From NCBI GenBank assembly GCA_050950765.1, contig JBMNIF010000003.1:160001-224000 (forward strand): 64,000 bases of DNA, in the 5' to 3' direction. The DNA comes from Bdellovibrionota bacterium. GTDB taxonomy: Bacteria; Bdellovibrionota_C; UBA2361; JAAYZI01. The notes under the pieces were generated by a model. That model did not search any database, was not told where the DNA came from, and worked only from the letters and a program-made list of their open reading frames with translations. Every line of letters begins with the position of its first letter. Position 1 is the first letter of the stretch. Of the stretch, positions 20,798 to 32,000 are shown piece by piece. The translations under genes and the position numbers were made by a program.

Positions 20798-22411
20798 ATG
20801 AAAAAAATAACTAAAAAAGTTGACTTACCAGATAGGCAAATTGCTCGTAAGAAAAACAAAAATGGGACTACTTATATCTATTACAGGATGAACTTTCGTC
20901 GTGAAAATGGAGAGCCTACGTTTGATGAAATAGGTATAGGGAAGCTAGATGAAAGCGGTAAGAAATTAATTCCTAATAGAAATTACTATGATTTGTTTCC
21001 AGATGATTCTAATAGATATGTTATTAGCAATAAATCTTTTGGTCTTACTTATGTTTTAAATAAGATTGTAAAAGATTTAAGGTTAGACAAGACATTGCTT
21101 TCAATTTTTGGAAATGACACATACGAGATTTTAACTTTAGCGTTTTATATTCTAGCAAATGGAAATGTAGTATCACATGCTTCAAGTTGGATAGATGATA
21201 GTGTCTTACCATATGAAATTTCTGAATTAACAAGTCAAAAAATAAGTCGTCTTTTTGAACGTATTGACTACGAGAAAAGACTTAATTTTTTTAAGAAATG
21301 GACGAAGCGATATTTAGCTCAAGAATGTTGGTATTATGACGTAACTTCCATATCTTCTTATAGTAAAAAAATAAGCATATTGGAGTTTGGCTATAATAGG
21401 GATATGGATAAATTGCCGCAAATAAATATAGGTATGTGCTACGGCTCTACAACGAAGCTTCCTTTATTCTATCAAGTTTATAATGGCAGCATTACAGATA
21501 AGACATATTTTAGTTTTCTTTTAAGAGACTTTCCATTTATTAGTCTTAATAATCGTATTAACCTTGTTACGGATCAAGGTTTTGTGACGCAAGATAATTT
21601 AGCGGAAGTAGCAAATGAAGAAGGGCAAAAGTTTGGACTACTTTGTCCTTTGCCACTATATTGGAATGACGCTAAAAGAATATTAGAAAATCACACTGCA
21701 CTTATTAAGCAAGATGCTAATTATATAAAAGGAACCTCTACTTTTGGTTGTTCTGTAATAGATACTGTTATGGGACAACCTGTAAAGATTTATGTTTATT
21801 ACAATATGGGAAAGGCGCCATATGAGATAGTTCAATTTTACGAGAAAATTTCTAGAATGGAAGAAGAGTTAGAAGAACTGAAAAAATTAAAATACTCTTT
21901 GCTGGATCGTAAAAAATATAGGAAATATTTTGATATTAAAATAAATGAAGATGGTTTCACTTATGAAAAAAAATCAGAAGCTATAGATGAATACTTGAGA
22001 AATTGTGGCTTCTTAATTTTGATTGGTATTGGTTGTGATTCAAATCCGAGTGAAGCACTTTTTCGTTATCGTCAAAAAGATGTAATTGAAAAACAATTTT
22101 TCCAGCTAAAAAATGAAATTGATTTTAGAAGACTTAAAACACATAATCTTCAAACCACAGAAGGAAAACTTTTTGTTGGATTTTTAGCTCTTATACTTAG
22201 AAGTTATATTCTTAATTTACTTAAAAATGATACAAGGCAAAAAAAGTTTAATATACCTGATGTCATTAAAGAGCTTCAAAAAATTAAAGTTATAGAAACT
22301 AAAAATGGCAGTAAATTAATGGTTCCGTTAACAAAAAAACAAAAGGATATTTTGAAAATTTTCAATATTGAAGAAGATGACTTTCTAAAAAGTATTTTTA
22401 AGAAAAAGTAA
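20798..22411 (+). CDS. IS1634-family DDE transposase
   Basis: YYDVTSISSYS, FGYNRD...LPQIN, VTDQGF and YRQKDVIEKQFFQLKN motifs. Confidence 0.9.
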   Translation: MKKITKKVDLPDRQIARKKNKNGTTYIYYRMNFRRENGEPTFDEIGIGKLDESGKKLIPNRNYYDLFPDDSNRYVISNKSFGLTYVLNKIVKDLRLDKTLLSIFGNDTYEILTLAFYILANGNVVSHASSWIDDSVLPYEISELTSQKISRLFERIDYEKRLNFFKKWTKRYLAQECWYYDVTSISSYSKKISILEFGYNRDMDKLPQINIGMCYGSTTKLPLFYQVYNGSITDKTYFSFLLRDFPFISLNNRINLVTDQGFVTQDNLAEVANEEGQKFGLLCPLPLYWNDAKRILENHTALIKQDANYIKGTSTFGCSVIDTVMGQPVKIYVYYNMGKAPYEIVQFYEKISRMEEELEELKKLKYSLLDRKKYRKYFDIKINEDGFTYEKKSEAIDEYLRNCGFLILIGIGCDSNPSEALFRYRQKDVIEKQFFQLKNEIDFRRLKTHNLQTTEGKLFVGFLALILRSYILNLLKNDTRQKKFNIPDVIKELQKIKVIETKNGSKLMVPLTKKQKDILKIFNIEEDDFLKSIFKKK

Positions 22412-23402
22412 GATTATACCGCTCGAAAGCTACCTTTAAAAACACGTTTGTATGGTATAATTTCGCGGGAATTCAGGTTATCCAAAATATTTATTGCTCC
22501 TTCTGGAATATTTTTAGCAGCTTTTAATTTCGCAGAGATAGCAACTATAAGGGATTTTGAACTTTCCTCATCTAATTGATTTTTATGAGGCTTTGATTGG
22601 TCATTACGAACATCATTTAATCCTCTCATTAAACCACAAACGCTCTTATAAGTATCCAGAAGTGACTCCTTAGAGCACTCTCTCACTAAAATATCCTCTA
22701 TTTCTCTTAAGACATCACCACCACCAATCATTTTTGCAATACCCAAATTGGGCCCTTCCTCTTGAGGTAACCTAGCGATATTTCTTTTATACTCCTTAAT
22801 CACTTCATTATTTTCTAAGATCTGACACCCTTTTGAAAAAATATCTTTAAGGTTAACACTCGCACCATCTTTTGTGACTATTGCAAGATCTGGCAGCCTT
22901 TCAAGACTACGAAAAGAAACTCCGTTATCATCTAACCGATCCAGCAACCCATTTATTTTTGAAATAATATCTTCACTTGATATACCTTTCTCTACGCCAT
23001 TTTTATCAAGATATCTGCACTTGGAGTCAGACGTTAATGCCGCTTCCTTTTCAATAAAATCCTTAAAGATCTTTTTCAGATCACCTACCTCAAACGTTTT
23101 ACTAGAAAAATTATAATCGGCTAAGCCTGTTCCTCCACTTAGACTAGCACCTGCAATGTGAGCACCTGATCCCCCTACTTTTGGCATACTAACTTCCTTA
23201 TTGTTATTAAGTGTAATTTCTTAGAATAACTCCTAGAAGAAGATGCTGATCGTACTTTTTTAGATTCAGAAACTTTTTTTATTATTAAAGATATCTTTGC
23301 AGAAGTTTATCTTCTCAAGAGAGACCTACCCTTAAAGGGATTAGACAAAAATCCCTCCGCCTGCTCCCTTTTATTTACGAGAGCACTTGATAATCATCAT
23401 AT

Positions 23403-23431
23403 AAAAAGCCACCCGTTTTCAGGGTGGCTTT
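23403..23431 (-). terminator. Rho-independent terminator
   Basis: AAAGCCACCC-N7-GGGTGGCTTT hairpin with a T tract on the minus strand, downstream of 23482-23718. Confidence 0.7.
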
Positions 23432-23481
23432 ACAGAAAAAACCTATTTTTATCTCTTATTTTTTATCTTTGTATATTATCG

Positions 23482-23718
23482 CTATATCATAGCAGCAGTT
23501 TCTCTATAACGGCTGAGAATACTCATCATCTTATCAACACCTACCAATTTACGTTTCTTCAACCTCTGCACTTCCAGTTGTTCTTCAGAGGTAAGGAATG
23601 CCCTCGAGGTAAACTGGTCAAGCATACTCTCTAGCACATTATGTTCTCGATATAAGCGCTCCAACGTTGAATCGTGTAACATAAATTTAAGAATTAACTC
23701 CTTATCTACAGTCTCCAT
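23482..23718 (-). CDS. DUF465/YdcH-like small coiled-coil protein
   Basis: LYREHNVLE...LTSEEQLEVQRLKKRKLVGVDKM pattern; GGAGG ribosome-binding site. Confidence 0.75.
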   Translation of the reverse strand: METVDKELILKFMLHDSTLERLYREHNVLESMLDQFTSRAFLTSEEQLEVQRLKKRKLVGVDKMMSILSRYRETAAMI

Positions 23719-23923
23719 ATTATTTCCTCCATAGAATGAAAGTTTCAGAATTGAAAAAACCTAGAAAAACAGAACGGGTACAGCAAGCAAGAACACTTGA
23801 AAAAGAAATCGCAATAAGAATATTAAGATTTGCAATCATAGTCTGATGCAATTCTAAACCACTAGGGCACCAAAGGTCAAAGGAATAATTATTTTTTTGC
23901 AGATTATCTCTACAAAACGGAGG

Positions 23924-25384
23924 CTAAGCACCGTCATTAGCGACGGATTGCTCTCTTTTGCCGATTTTATCTTTAAAAACATCAAAGGTTTTTAACACCT
24001 CTAAAGCTTTCGCCACCTGAGAATCTTGCGCTAACCACGCCTTTAGATCTCCCTTCTCAGGATCTATCTTAATAACACCTTTATTCGGTTGCGGCGTCTT
24101 GTTAATCTTGCGCAACACTCCGGCATCATCAACGCCATCAGGATTTTTTATAGCACCATCCAACTCGCTCTCCCTAAGGAAGACCGGCACATCCTCTTCC
24201 TCCTCTTCCTGCAACTCGCCCCTCGCTTTTCGCTTAGTGCGCTCAATATCAAACTCAATATCAGGGGCAACACCCGTCGCCTGAATAGAACGCCCACTTT
24301 TTGTATAATATAAAGCTGTGGTTAAGGTCAGCGCCCCGCCATTTTCAAGGGGTGTAATAGTTTGCACAGACCCTTTCCCAAAAGTACGGGTTCCTAAAAT
24401 AAGCCCCCTACCATCATCCTGAATAGCACCTGCTAAAATTTCAGAGGCGGAAGCAGAGCCACCATTTATCAGAACAACCAAGGGATAATCAGCCTCTGTG
24501 CCCCTTTCATGCGCAAAAAACTTCTTTTTCTGTCCTGAGACACGACCATCAGTATAAACAATTATCCCTTTTTTCAAGAACATATCAGAAACAGCCACCG
24601 CCTGATTCAAGAGCCCACCAGGATTGTTTCTCACATCTAAGATCAAACCTTTAAGCTCCTTTGAACCGTTCTGTTTTCGCATGGCATTAAGAGCTTTTTT
24701 CAGATCGTGTGCGGTATTATCCATAAATTGCGTAATGCGCACATAGCCGTAACCTTCCCCCAAGAAACGGCTTTTAATACTCTGCACCTTAATCTCTTCA
24801 CGAACGACAACGACATTAATCAGTTTTTTTCTGCCTTTTCTAGCTAAAGACAACTTAACTTCAGTGCCTTTCGGACCTCGCAACTTCTTAACAGCTTCTA
24901 CTAAAGAGAACTCTTTTGTGTATTTATCACCGATCTTAATAATAGCATCGCCAGCCATAATACCAGCTTTTTCAGCCGGAGAACCACTCATAGGCGACAT
25001 CACCACCAACACGCCATCATTATTCATAGTGATCTCTATTCCGAGACCACCAAAGTGTCCCTTAGTTTGCACCTGCAGATCTTGATAGAAATCCGGATCG
25101 AGATAACCGCTATGCGGATCCAGAGCAGCCAACATACCACGAATTGCGCCCTCTACTAACTTTTTACTCTTTACATCCTCAACGTAATCTCTCTGCACAA
25201 TCGTCAAGACATCAGTAAAAACTTTTAACTCTTTTAAGAGCTCTTCACTTAAGGGACCTTCATTGCCATCATTAGCAAAAGCATCTGCACCCTTATACGT
25301 GCAGATAGAGACTGCAAGAAGAGAGAGGAGTACCGAATAAAATAAGATACGTGAGAATTTTAAAAAATGACTGGGCATCGACAA
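23924..25384 (-). CDS. ctpA: Carboxyl-terminal processing protease (S41)
   Basis: LDPHS, FGGLGIEI PDZ, LDVRNNPGGLL, SASASEI and TFGKGSVQT motifs. Confidence 0.92.
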   Translation of the reverse strand: MSMPSHFLKFSRILFYSVLLSLLAVSICTYKGADAFANDGNEGPLSEELLKELKVFTDVLTIVQRDYVEDVKSKKLVEGAIRGMLAALDPHSGYLDPDFYQDLQVQTKGHFGGLGIEITMNNDGVLVVMSPMSGSPAEKAGIMAGDAIIKIGDKYTKEFSLVEAVKKLRGPKGTEVKLSLARKGRKKLINVVVVREEIKVQSIKSRFLGEGYGYVRITQFMDNTAHDLKKALNAMRKQNGSKELKGLILDVRNNPGGLLNQAVAVSDMFLKKGIIVYTDGRVSGQKKKFFAHERGTEADYPLVVLINGGSASASEILAGAIQDDGRGLILGTRTFGKGSVQTITPLENGGALTLTTALYYTKSGRSIQATGVAPDIEFDIERTKRKARGELQEEEEEDVPVFLRESELDGAIKNPDGVDDAGVLRKINKTPQPNKGVIKIDPEKGDLKAWLAQDSQVAKALEVLKTFDVFKDKIGKREQSVANDGA

Positions 25385-25469
25385 AACCTCTTAAAGGAGA
25401 AAACTGCACTAGTACGATAACAAGAAGTGTGCCAAAGGTTCAAGATAACAACTGGATATATAGTATTTT

Positions 25470-26636
25470 TTAAAGGCTATCATAAAAGATCTGTGGGTTA
25501 AGCGGCTTCCCCTCTTTTCTAATCTCAAAATAAAGCGTTTCAACAGAAGGTGGGGCTTTAGCTATCTCTATTCCAGCGCTTAAAACAGCACCAACAGGCA
25601 CCGCTACCTCACCTAACCTGCCGTATAAACTATAAAAACGCCTACCATGATCAACTATTACAATCTTCCCATAACCAGGCATCTCACCTTTGTAGATAAC
25701 TTTCCCAGCAGCGACCACAAACACCCCCTCCCCCTTAGCAGTAGAAAACTCCACCCCCTTTTGACCGACTAGCCCCTTAAATCCGGCAGCCTTTTGCCCA
25801 AACTTTTTTACAAGGTGTCCCGCCGTAGGGCGTAATAATTTACCTTTCTCCAAACCCTCACCTTCAAACTTCTCTGTCACTGCCTGACCATGCGCTGAAA
25901 GGATATCCTTTTTATGAACAAGAGGAGTTTTCTCAATATCATCTGTTAAAGATCTAACAACTGTCTCCAACCTAAGCGCCTCTGCTCTCAATGCTACTAA
26001 AGCCTTCTCCTTACGAACCTCTTCAACTTTTAATTTTTGTTGTAAGTCCTGCTCCTCCCTGATCTTTGCAGCGATAGCACGCTCTTCCCGCTTTAAGCTC
26101 TCTCTTAAAGCATCTCGATCTACCAATAAACGTTTCTTTTCCTGCACAGCCTTAGTTCTTGCTTGGTGCAATATCATTAAATCTTCTAATAATTTTTTGT
26201 CGTATTCTTCAAACTTAGAAAGGAAAAAAGCATCTCGTAAAAACTCACTAGAATTGGAAAGTAGCGCCAGCTTCGCTGTATAAAGATCGTGTCTTTTAAG
26301 GTACAACGCTCTAAAACGGTTTAATGATTGCTGTTTAATATCCGTTTGCTTTTGCTGAATCCCTTGAATCTCATCTTGAACTTTTACGATATTTTCTTTG
26401 ACGGTTTTTAATTCATTATTTAAATGTTGCGAGCGATGTGTAAGATCTTTTAACTGTTTTCTCTTGTTAGAGATACCAACTTCTAAATCTTTCTGCTTAA
26501 GCGCTATCTCCTTTAAATCTGCTTCATTTTTATTAACGGCGTTTTTTATCTTTGATAGATTAGACTCATCCTCTGCCAGCCCCATAACAGGCGCTAGCAA
26601 TAAAAAAAGAGTTATCAGAACACTTCTCTTAGGCAT
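25470..26636 (-). CDS. envC: Murein hydrolase activator EnvC-like (coiled coil plus degenerate M23 domain)
   Basis: Signal peptide, long coiled coil, GYGKIVIVDHG and LYFEIRK motifs; follows ftsEX. Confidence 0.8.
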   Translation of the reverse strand: MPKRSVLITLFLLLAPVMGLAEDESNLSKIKNAVNKNEADLKEIALKQKDLEVGISNKRKQLKDLTHRSQHLNNELKTVKENIVKVQDEIQGIQQKQTDIKQQSLNRFRALYLKRHDLYTAKLALLSNSSEFLRDAFFLSKFEEYDKKLLEDLMILHQARTKAVQEKKRLLVDRDALRESLKREERAIAAKIREEQDLQQKLKVEEVRKEKALVALRAEALRLETVVRSLTDDIEKTPLVHKKDILSAHGQAVTEKFEGEGLEKGKLLRPTAGHLVKKFGQKAAGFKGLVGQKGVEFSTAKGEGVFVVAAGKVIYKGEMPGYGKIVIVDHGRRFYSLYGRLGEVAVPVGAVLSAGIEIAKAPPSVETLYFEIRKEGKPLNPQIFYDSL

Positions 26637-26704
26637 TTTTTCTAATTAGCAGACATGATTAAGTAAAACCTCTAAAGTTCCTATCTCGAAATTTCTAAAA
26701 AATA

Positions 26705-27676
26705 TCATCTTTCTGATAACCTCCAAACAGCAGTTGCGCTACTAAGCACTCCGACTAAAACAGCTACAAAAACTAATACCACCATCTGATAAAAGGAGAG
26801 AAAGTGCACGTTGGAGAAAAATAGCTGCCAAAGAGGCACCTCCCCCATAATGCGTATTAAGAAATTCCAAGAGAAATAAAGTACAACGAGACTTGCGGAG
26901 CCCCCTAAAAGTCCATATAGACCACCTTCAATAATACAGGGAGCTTTTACAAATAAGGTATCCGCACCAACCAAACGCATAATCACTATCTCATCACTTC
27001 TATTAACCAATGTCAGTCGTACTGTATTCGCTATAATGACAGCAGTAATAAGTAGTAAAGCGACAATTGAAAATATTCCGCTTTTTTTAAAAAAGCGTAA
27101 GATCTGAGCAAAACGAGTGACAAACTCCTTATCATACTGCACATACTCTATCGCTTTATTATCAGTATAGTGCTCAAAGATCTCCGCAACAACCTCTTCA
27201 TTATCTTGATCCAATGTTACTAATAATGAGATCGGCAACGGATTTTCCTCTTCTAAATTCTCAAAGAGATCTACATATTTTTCAAGCGATTCTTTAAACT
27301 CATTCAATGCTGCTTTTTTATCTATCTCCTTAACTGCCACTACCCCTTTTCTCTCTTTTAATTCCTGTGCTATTTGCTGCCTTTCACCCTCAGCAACCCC
27401 TTCTTTAAAATATAACCTGCAAGAGAGATCCTCTTTTGAAGACTGCATCACATCTCCCACATTATCCATCAGCAGCAGCACTCCTCCTAAAACAATCATG
27501 GCTGCCGTTACCGTTAAGATACAAGATAAAGATGTTATGGGAGAGATAACCAAGCTGCGTAACGCCTGAAAAAAGAGGTACAGCACCGCTTCCGATCTTT
27601 TAATTACAGTTAAAGAACCTAAGTTAGTCCAGACTGTGGCAAGTTTTTTTTCTCCTTTGTTATTTTGCATATCCAA
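26705..27676 (-). CDS. ftsX: Cell division permease FtsX
   Basis: ENPLP, IANTVRL, EIVIMRLVGA and PCIIEG motifs. Confidence 0.9.
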   Translation of the reverse strand: MDMQNNKGEKKLATVWTNLGSLTVIKRSEAVLYLFFQALRSLVISPITSLSCILTVTAAMIVLGGVLLLMDNVGDVMQSSKEDLSCRLYFKEGVAEGERQQIAQELKERKGVVAVKEIDKKAALNEFKESLEKYVDLFENLEEENPLPISLLVTLDQDNEEVVAEIFEHYTDNKAIEYVQYDKEFVTRFAQILRFFKKSGIFSIVALLLITAVIIANTVRLTLVNRSDEIVIMRLVGADTLFVKAPCIIEGGLYGLLGGSASLVVLYFSWNFLIRIMGEVPLWQLFFSNVHFLSFYQMVVLVFVAVLVGVLSSATAVWRLSER

Positions 27677-27792
27677 CCGTACTTAATTAGTTCCTCTGAT
27701 TTTTTAAAATCACTTCTTAATTATCTTTCCCCCGAAGTTGCAAGGAGTGTTTATTTAATCAGTTAAAAAAGCATCTTCATCTACAACCATTA

Positions 27793-28473
27793 TCAATCTA
27801 AAGGTAGTGGTCTCTTAAAATCTCCAATTATCTTCCCTCGATCTAAGACAACAGTTCGTAAACGTAGCTCTTCAATAACAGAAAGATTGTGAGTTGCCAC
27901 CACAATCGTCACACCATCAGCATTAGCCTCCAGCAGAAGATCAAAAACCGCTTGTGTCATGTCCGGATCTAAGTTGCCAGTCGGCTCATCTGCCAATAAA
28001 AGCTTAGGTCTATGAATTAAGGCTCTGGCTAAAGAGACTCGCTGCTGCTCACCACCGGAAAGGGTTAGCGGCATTCGATCCGCTTTATCAGACAATCCAA
28101 CAGCATCAAGCATAGACTGCGCCACCTTTTTTCGTTCAGAAGCGCGCACACCTTTTACCTCCAAGCCAAAGGCAACGTTTTCCCAAACGGTTCGCCGTTG
28201 TAAAAGTTTATAATCTTGAAAGACAACCCCTATATCTTTCCGTAAATCAGCGATACCTTGACTATCCATCTCTGAAAGATTTCTACCCGCCACCACAACT
28301 TGTCCAGATGTAGCACGTTCTGCACCAAATAAAAGCTTAAAGAGAGTGGTCTTACCAGCACCACTGGCTCCAGCAACAAAGACAAAACTGCCTTGAGATA
28401 TTTTTAAATCAATCCCTTTTAAAGCCATCTGGTCAGGTGGATATAATTTTTGTACATTATGAAGGGTTATCAT
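27793..28473 (-). CDS. ftsE: Cell division ATP-binding protein FtsE
   Basis: GASGAGKTT, IGVVFQDYKLL, LSGGEQQRV and ADEPTGNLD motifs. Confidence 0.93.
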   Translation of the reverse strand: MITLHNVQKLYPPDQMALKGIDLKISQGSFVFVAGASGAGKTTLFKLLFGAERATSGQVVVAGRNLSEMDSQGIADLRKDIGVVFQDYKLLQRRTVWENVAFGLEVKGVRASERKKVAQSMLDAVGLSDKADRMPLTLSGGEQQRVSLARALIHRPKLLLADEPTGNLDPDMTQAVFDLLLEANADGVTIVVATHNLSVIEELRLRTVVLDRGKIIGDFKRPLPLD

Positions 28474-28519
28474 GACTTATGTTCCCCGACTCTTTTTGAA
28501 ACATTTTTAAACATTTTTT

Positions 28520-29044
28520 TTGCATTTAAAGATCATGAATAAATCATTAAAATACATCCTACACATTTCATGTCTGTTTACTATAATTACAGGCTGTACC
28601 GTTTTCAGCAATAACACAACAACACCTTTAACTGAAGAAAAGCCTCTTCAGATCGCAGACCTCTCTTTAGAGAACGTCCCTGATCTATCCAACGTTTATC
28701 GTATTCATGGCATAAAACTAGATGAAGATCTCTTTTTTACAAAGTTGCCTAATTGCCGAGAAAACGGAACTTCCATAAGTTCCCTAATCACTCAAATTTT
28801 TAGAGGCTTTACACCTCCAAAAATTATCACGCAAAAAGTTTTTACTATAAGCGAGACCGAACTCCAGCTATCTCAGATAAAGACTGAGTACGCTTCAACT
28901 CCCCTCTTCATCGCTTTATACTCAACAACTTCTCTAGAATGCACTAAAGATTTCATCTTCTGGAGCTCATCAGATCTAAATCAATTACAAGAGACCGATC
29001 TTAATAAATTAACTCGCCTTATCGCAGCACTTCTTGAAAGGTAG
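28520..29044 (+). CDS. Putative lipoprotein
   Basis: Lipobox ITGC; start probably the ATG at 28535. Confidence 0.55.
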   Translation: MHLKIMNKSLKYILHISCLFTIITGCTVFSNNTTTPLTEEKPLQIADLSLENVPDLSNVYRIHGIKLDEDLFFTKLPNCRENGTSISSLITQIFRGFTPPKIITQKVFTISETELQLSQIKTEYASTPLFIALYSTTSLECTKDFIFWSSSDLNQLQETDLNKLTRLIAALLER

Positions 29045-29052
29045 GGTGTCTT

Positions 29053-32000
29053 TTAGGAGAGTCGAATAAACTTTAAGAGATCTGAAAGCTCAACCCCTTT
29101 CCGCGTGGCGTAGTCTTGTAACTGATCTTCTGCGAGACGACCCACTGAAAAATACCTCGCTTCCGGATTCGCTAAATATAAACCGCAAACGGAGGCAGCG
29201 GGGTACATAGCAAAGTTTTCAGTGAGTGTAATCCCTGTGGCTTCTGTAACACCTAAAAGATCGAAAAGAACCTTTTTTCCAGAATGATCTGGCAAAATAG
29301 GATATCCGATAGCGGGACGAATCCCTTGAGCACCTAAAAGATCGAAAAGAACCTTTTTTCCAGAGTGATCTGGCAAAATAGGATATCCGATAGCAGGACA
29401 AATCCCTTGAGCACCTAAAAGATCGAGAGAAACCTTTTTCCCAGAGTGATCTGGCAAAATAGGATATTCGATGGCAGGACGAATCCCTTGAACACCTAAA
29501 AGATCGAGAGAAACCTTTTTTCCAGAGTGATCTGGCAAAATAGGATATCCGATGGCAGGACAAATCCCTTGAGCACCTTCGCAACATCCACAAGTAACAT
29601 TTTTTTTCGAGGTAGTCGCTTCATATCCCCACAATTTCTGTCTAATTTCACGATGTAAAGTTTCAGAAAAAGCTTCTACCAATCTATCTGCTAACGCTTT
29701 AATCATTATCAAACGGTAATCATCATTTCTTTTTTCAGCAGCAGCGATTAATCTTTCAATCCCCTTCCCAGCAGTTAGTGCAAAAAGCCCGAGATAATCT
29801 TTTAATCCGGAATCTTTCGGTGCAATAAAATCAGAGAGTGCCAAACACGGCTCGTCCTGCACTGCACAGAGCTGTCGTCTCATGGTATGAATAGTAGCTA
29901 TAACAGTACTTCTATCTTCATCAGAATAGATTTCAATATCATCAGAGAGGGCATTAGCAGGAAAGATCCCAACTACACCAGAAGCTTCAAGTAGCTTTTT
30001 TTCAACTATCTCATGCAAGACATTTTCAGCATCAGTAAAAAGTTTTTTTGCAGGATCTCCATAAAGAGGAGAACGTAAGATTTCAGGATACCTTCCTTTT
30101 AATCCCCATGCACTAAAAAAGCCCGTCCAATCAATAGCAGCGAGGAGCTCTGAGAGAGGAAAATTCTGATATTTTTTTATTCCTAAAAACTTAGGAGTTT
30201 CAGGGAGAGTTTTTGCAAAATTACACCGATACCGTTTCGCCCTCGCCTCTTCTAATGAGAGTGTTTGGATCATTTTATCGGCATATTCAGATCTGATCAT
30301 CTCTTGCTTTCTTTCTAGATCCGCCAAGAAAGCTCCCCTTGTTGTATCTTTTGTGATCTTTTTTAGAACAGGCACCATGCGTGAAGCGTCAGGAACGTAC
30401 ACCACTCCGTGTTTATAAGCAGGCGCAATCTTTAAAGCGGTATGAGTTTCAGATGTAGTGGCTCCACCGATAATAAGTGGCATAGTCAAACCAGATCTCT
30501 CCATCTCACTTGCTACATGAACCATCTCATCTAAAGACGGCGTAATTAATCCACTCAATCCGACAGCTACCACACCATCCTGTTTTGCCGCAGCAATAAT
30601 CTCTTCACACGGCACCATCACTCCGAGATCTATTATTTCAAAGCCGTTACAGGCTAATACCACAGAAACTATATTTTTCCCGATGTCATGCACGTCTCCC
30701 TTAACGGTAGCTATCACAAATTTACCAACAGACTTTGCCAGATCGGGATTGTTTTTCTTCTCTTCTTCAATCACGGGCATCAAACAAGCAACTGCTTTTT
30801 TCATTACTCGCGCACTTTTTACAACTTGAGGGAGAAACATTTTGCCAGCACCGAAGAGATCTCCGACTCGATTCATTCCCGCCATTAACGGACCTTCAAT
30901 TATAGCAAGAGAGGTTTTATAACTCTCTAACGCCTCTTTGATATCCTCAGCGATAAAATCATCTACCCCCTTAACCATAGAATACGCCAAACGCTCGGAG
31001 ATATCAGATCCTCTCCAAGCATCATCTCTGTTTTGGTGTTTAGATTGGATCTGCACTCCAGCTTCTTTTAATTCTGCTGCGAGGGTTAGTAATCTGTCGG
31101 TAGCATCAGAGCGTCTATTTAAAATTACATCTTCTACGGCGCTCCTAAGGTTAAGTGGAATCTCTTCATAGACTAAAAGTTGTTCTGGATTAACAATCGC
31201 CATATCCAGTCCAGCGGAAATGGCATGATATAAGAAAACAGTGTGCATCGCTTCTCTAACGATATTATTGCCTCGAAAAGCAAATGATACATTACTGACA
31301 CCTGCGCTTACTTTTGCTGCCGGTAAGTGTTGTTTAATCCAACGTACACTTTCAATAAAAGCCACTCCGTATGTATTGTGTGCTTCAATCCCTGTTGCCA
31401 CTGTCAGCACATTGGGATCAAAGATAATATCTGCCGGATTAAAACCGTGTTGACAAAGTAAGTGATAAGATCTTTCACATACAGCGATCTTCTTTTCAAA
31501 AGTGTCTGCCTGACCCTGTTCATCAAAGGCCATTACCACCACAGCTGCACCACACGAAGCGATCTCCTCTGCTTGTTCTAAGAACTCGCTCTCACCGTGC
31601 TTCAGACTTATTGAATTTACGATGCACTTTCCTTGCACACACCGCAACGCAGCCGAAATGATCTCCCACTTTGAAGAATCTATCATTAACGGCACACGTG
31701 CGATATCAGGCTCCCCCGCTAAGAGATTAAGAAAGGTCGTCATGGCGGACTTGCCATCAATTAACCCGTCATCCATATTAATATCTATAATCTGAGCACC
31801 TGCCTGCACTTGAGCACGCGCCACTACCAAAGCAGAACTAAAATCTTCATCTTTTATTAGGCGTAAGAATTTTTTTGAACCAGCAACGTTTGTACGCTCC
31901 CCGATATTAATAAAACTTGCGCCTCCCTCTGTTTCAGCTCCAACCGTTAGCGCTTCTAAACCACTAAGCGTTAAATACTTTGATCTTTTTAAGTTTTGTC

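Larger units (their letters stand above)
20650..22477 (+). mobile_element. IS1634-family insertion sequence, copy 1 (1828 bp)
   Basis: Ends CCTAAATTCCGC / GCGGGAATTCAGG defined by identity with 43470-45297; flanked by TTAT direct repeat. Confidence 0.92.
20276..23187 (-). pseudogene. Hypothetical 359-aa protein gene interrupted by IS1634 copy 1
   Basis: Removing 20650-22477 plus one TTAT copy restores an open frame ...INILDKHFLEKARST...GSNAMIYVHG. Confidence 0.85.

Noticed and set aside
22414..23187. Complete 257-aa protein
   Set aside because: Its last ~21 codons read into the IS end; it is the 5' part of an interrupted gene
23403..23431. GCCACCC/GGGTGGC hairpin as a member of the repeat family
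   Set aside because: It lacks the GGT prefix and spacer modules and is explained as an ordinary terminator
29219..29593. 124-aa repetitive ORF
   Set aside because: It is an alternative frame of the metH 81-bp repeat
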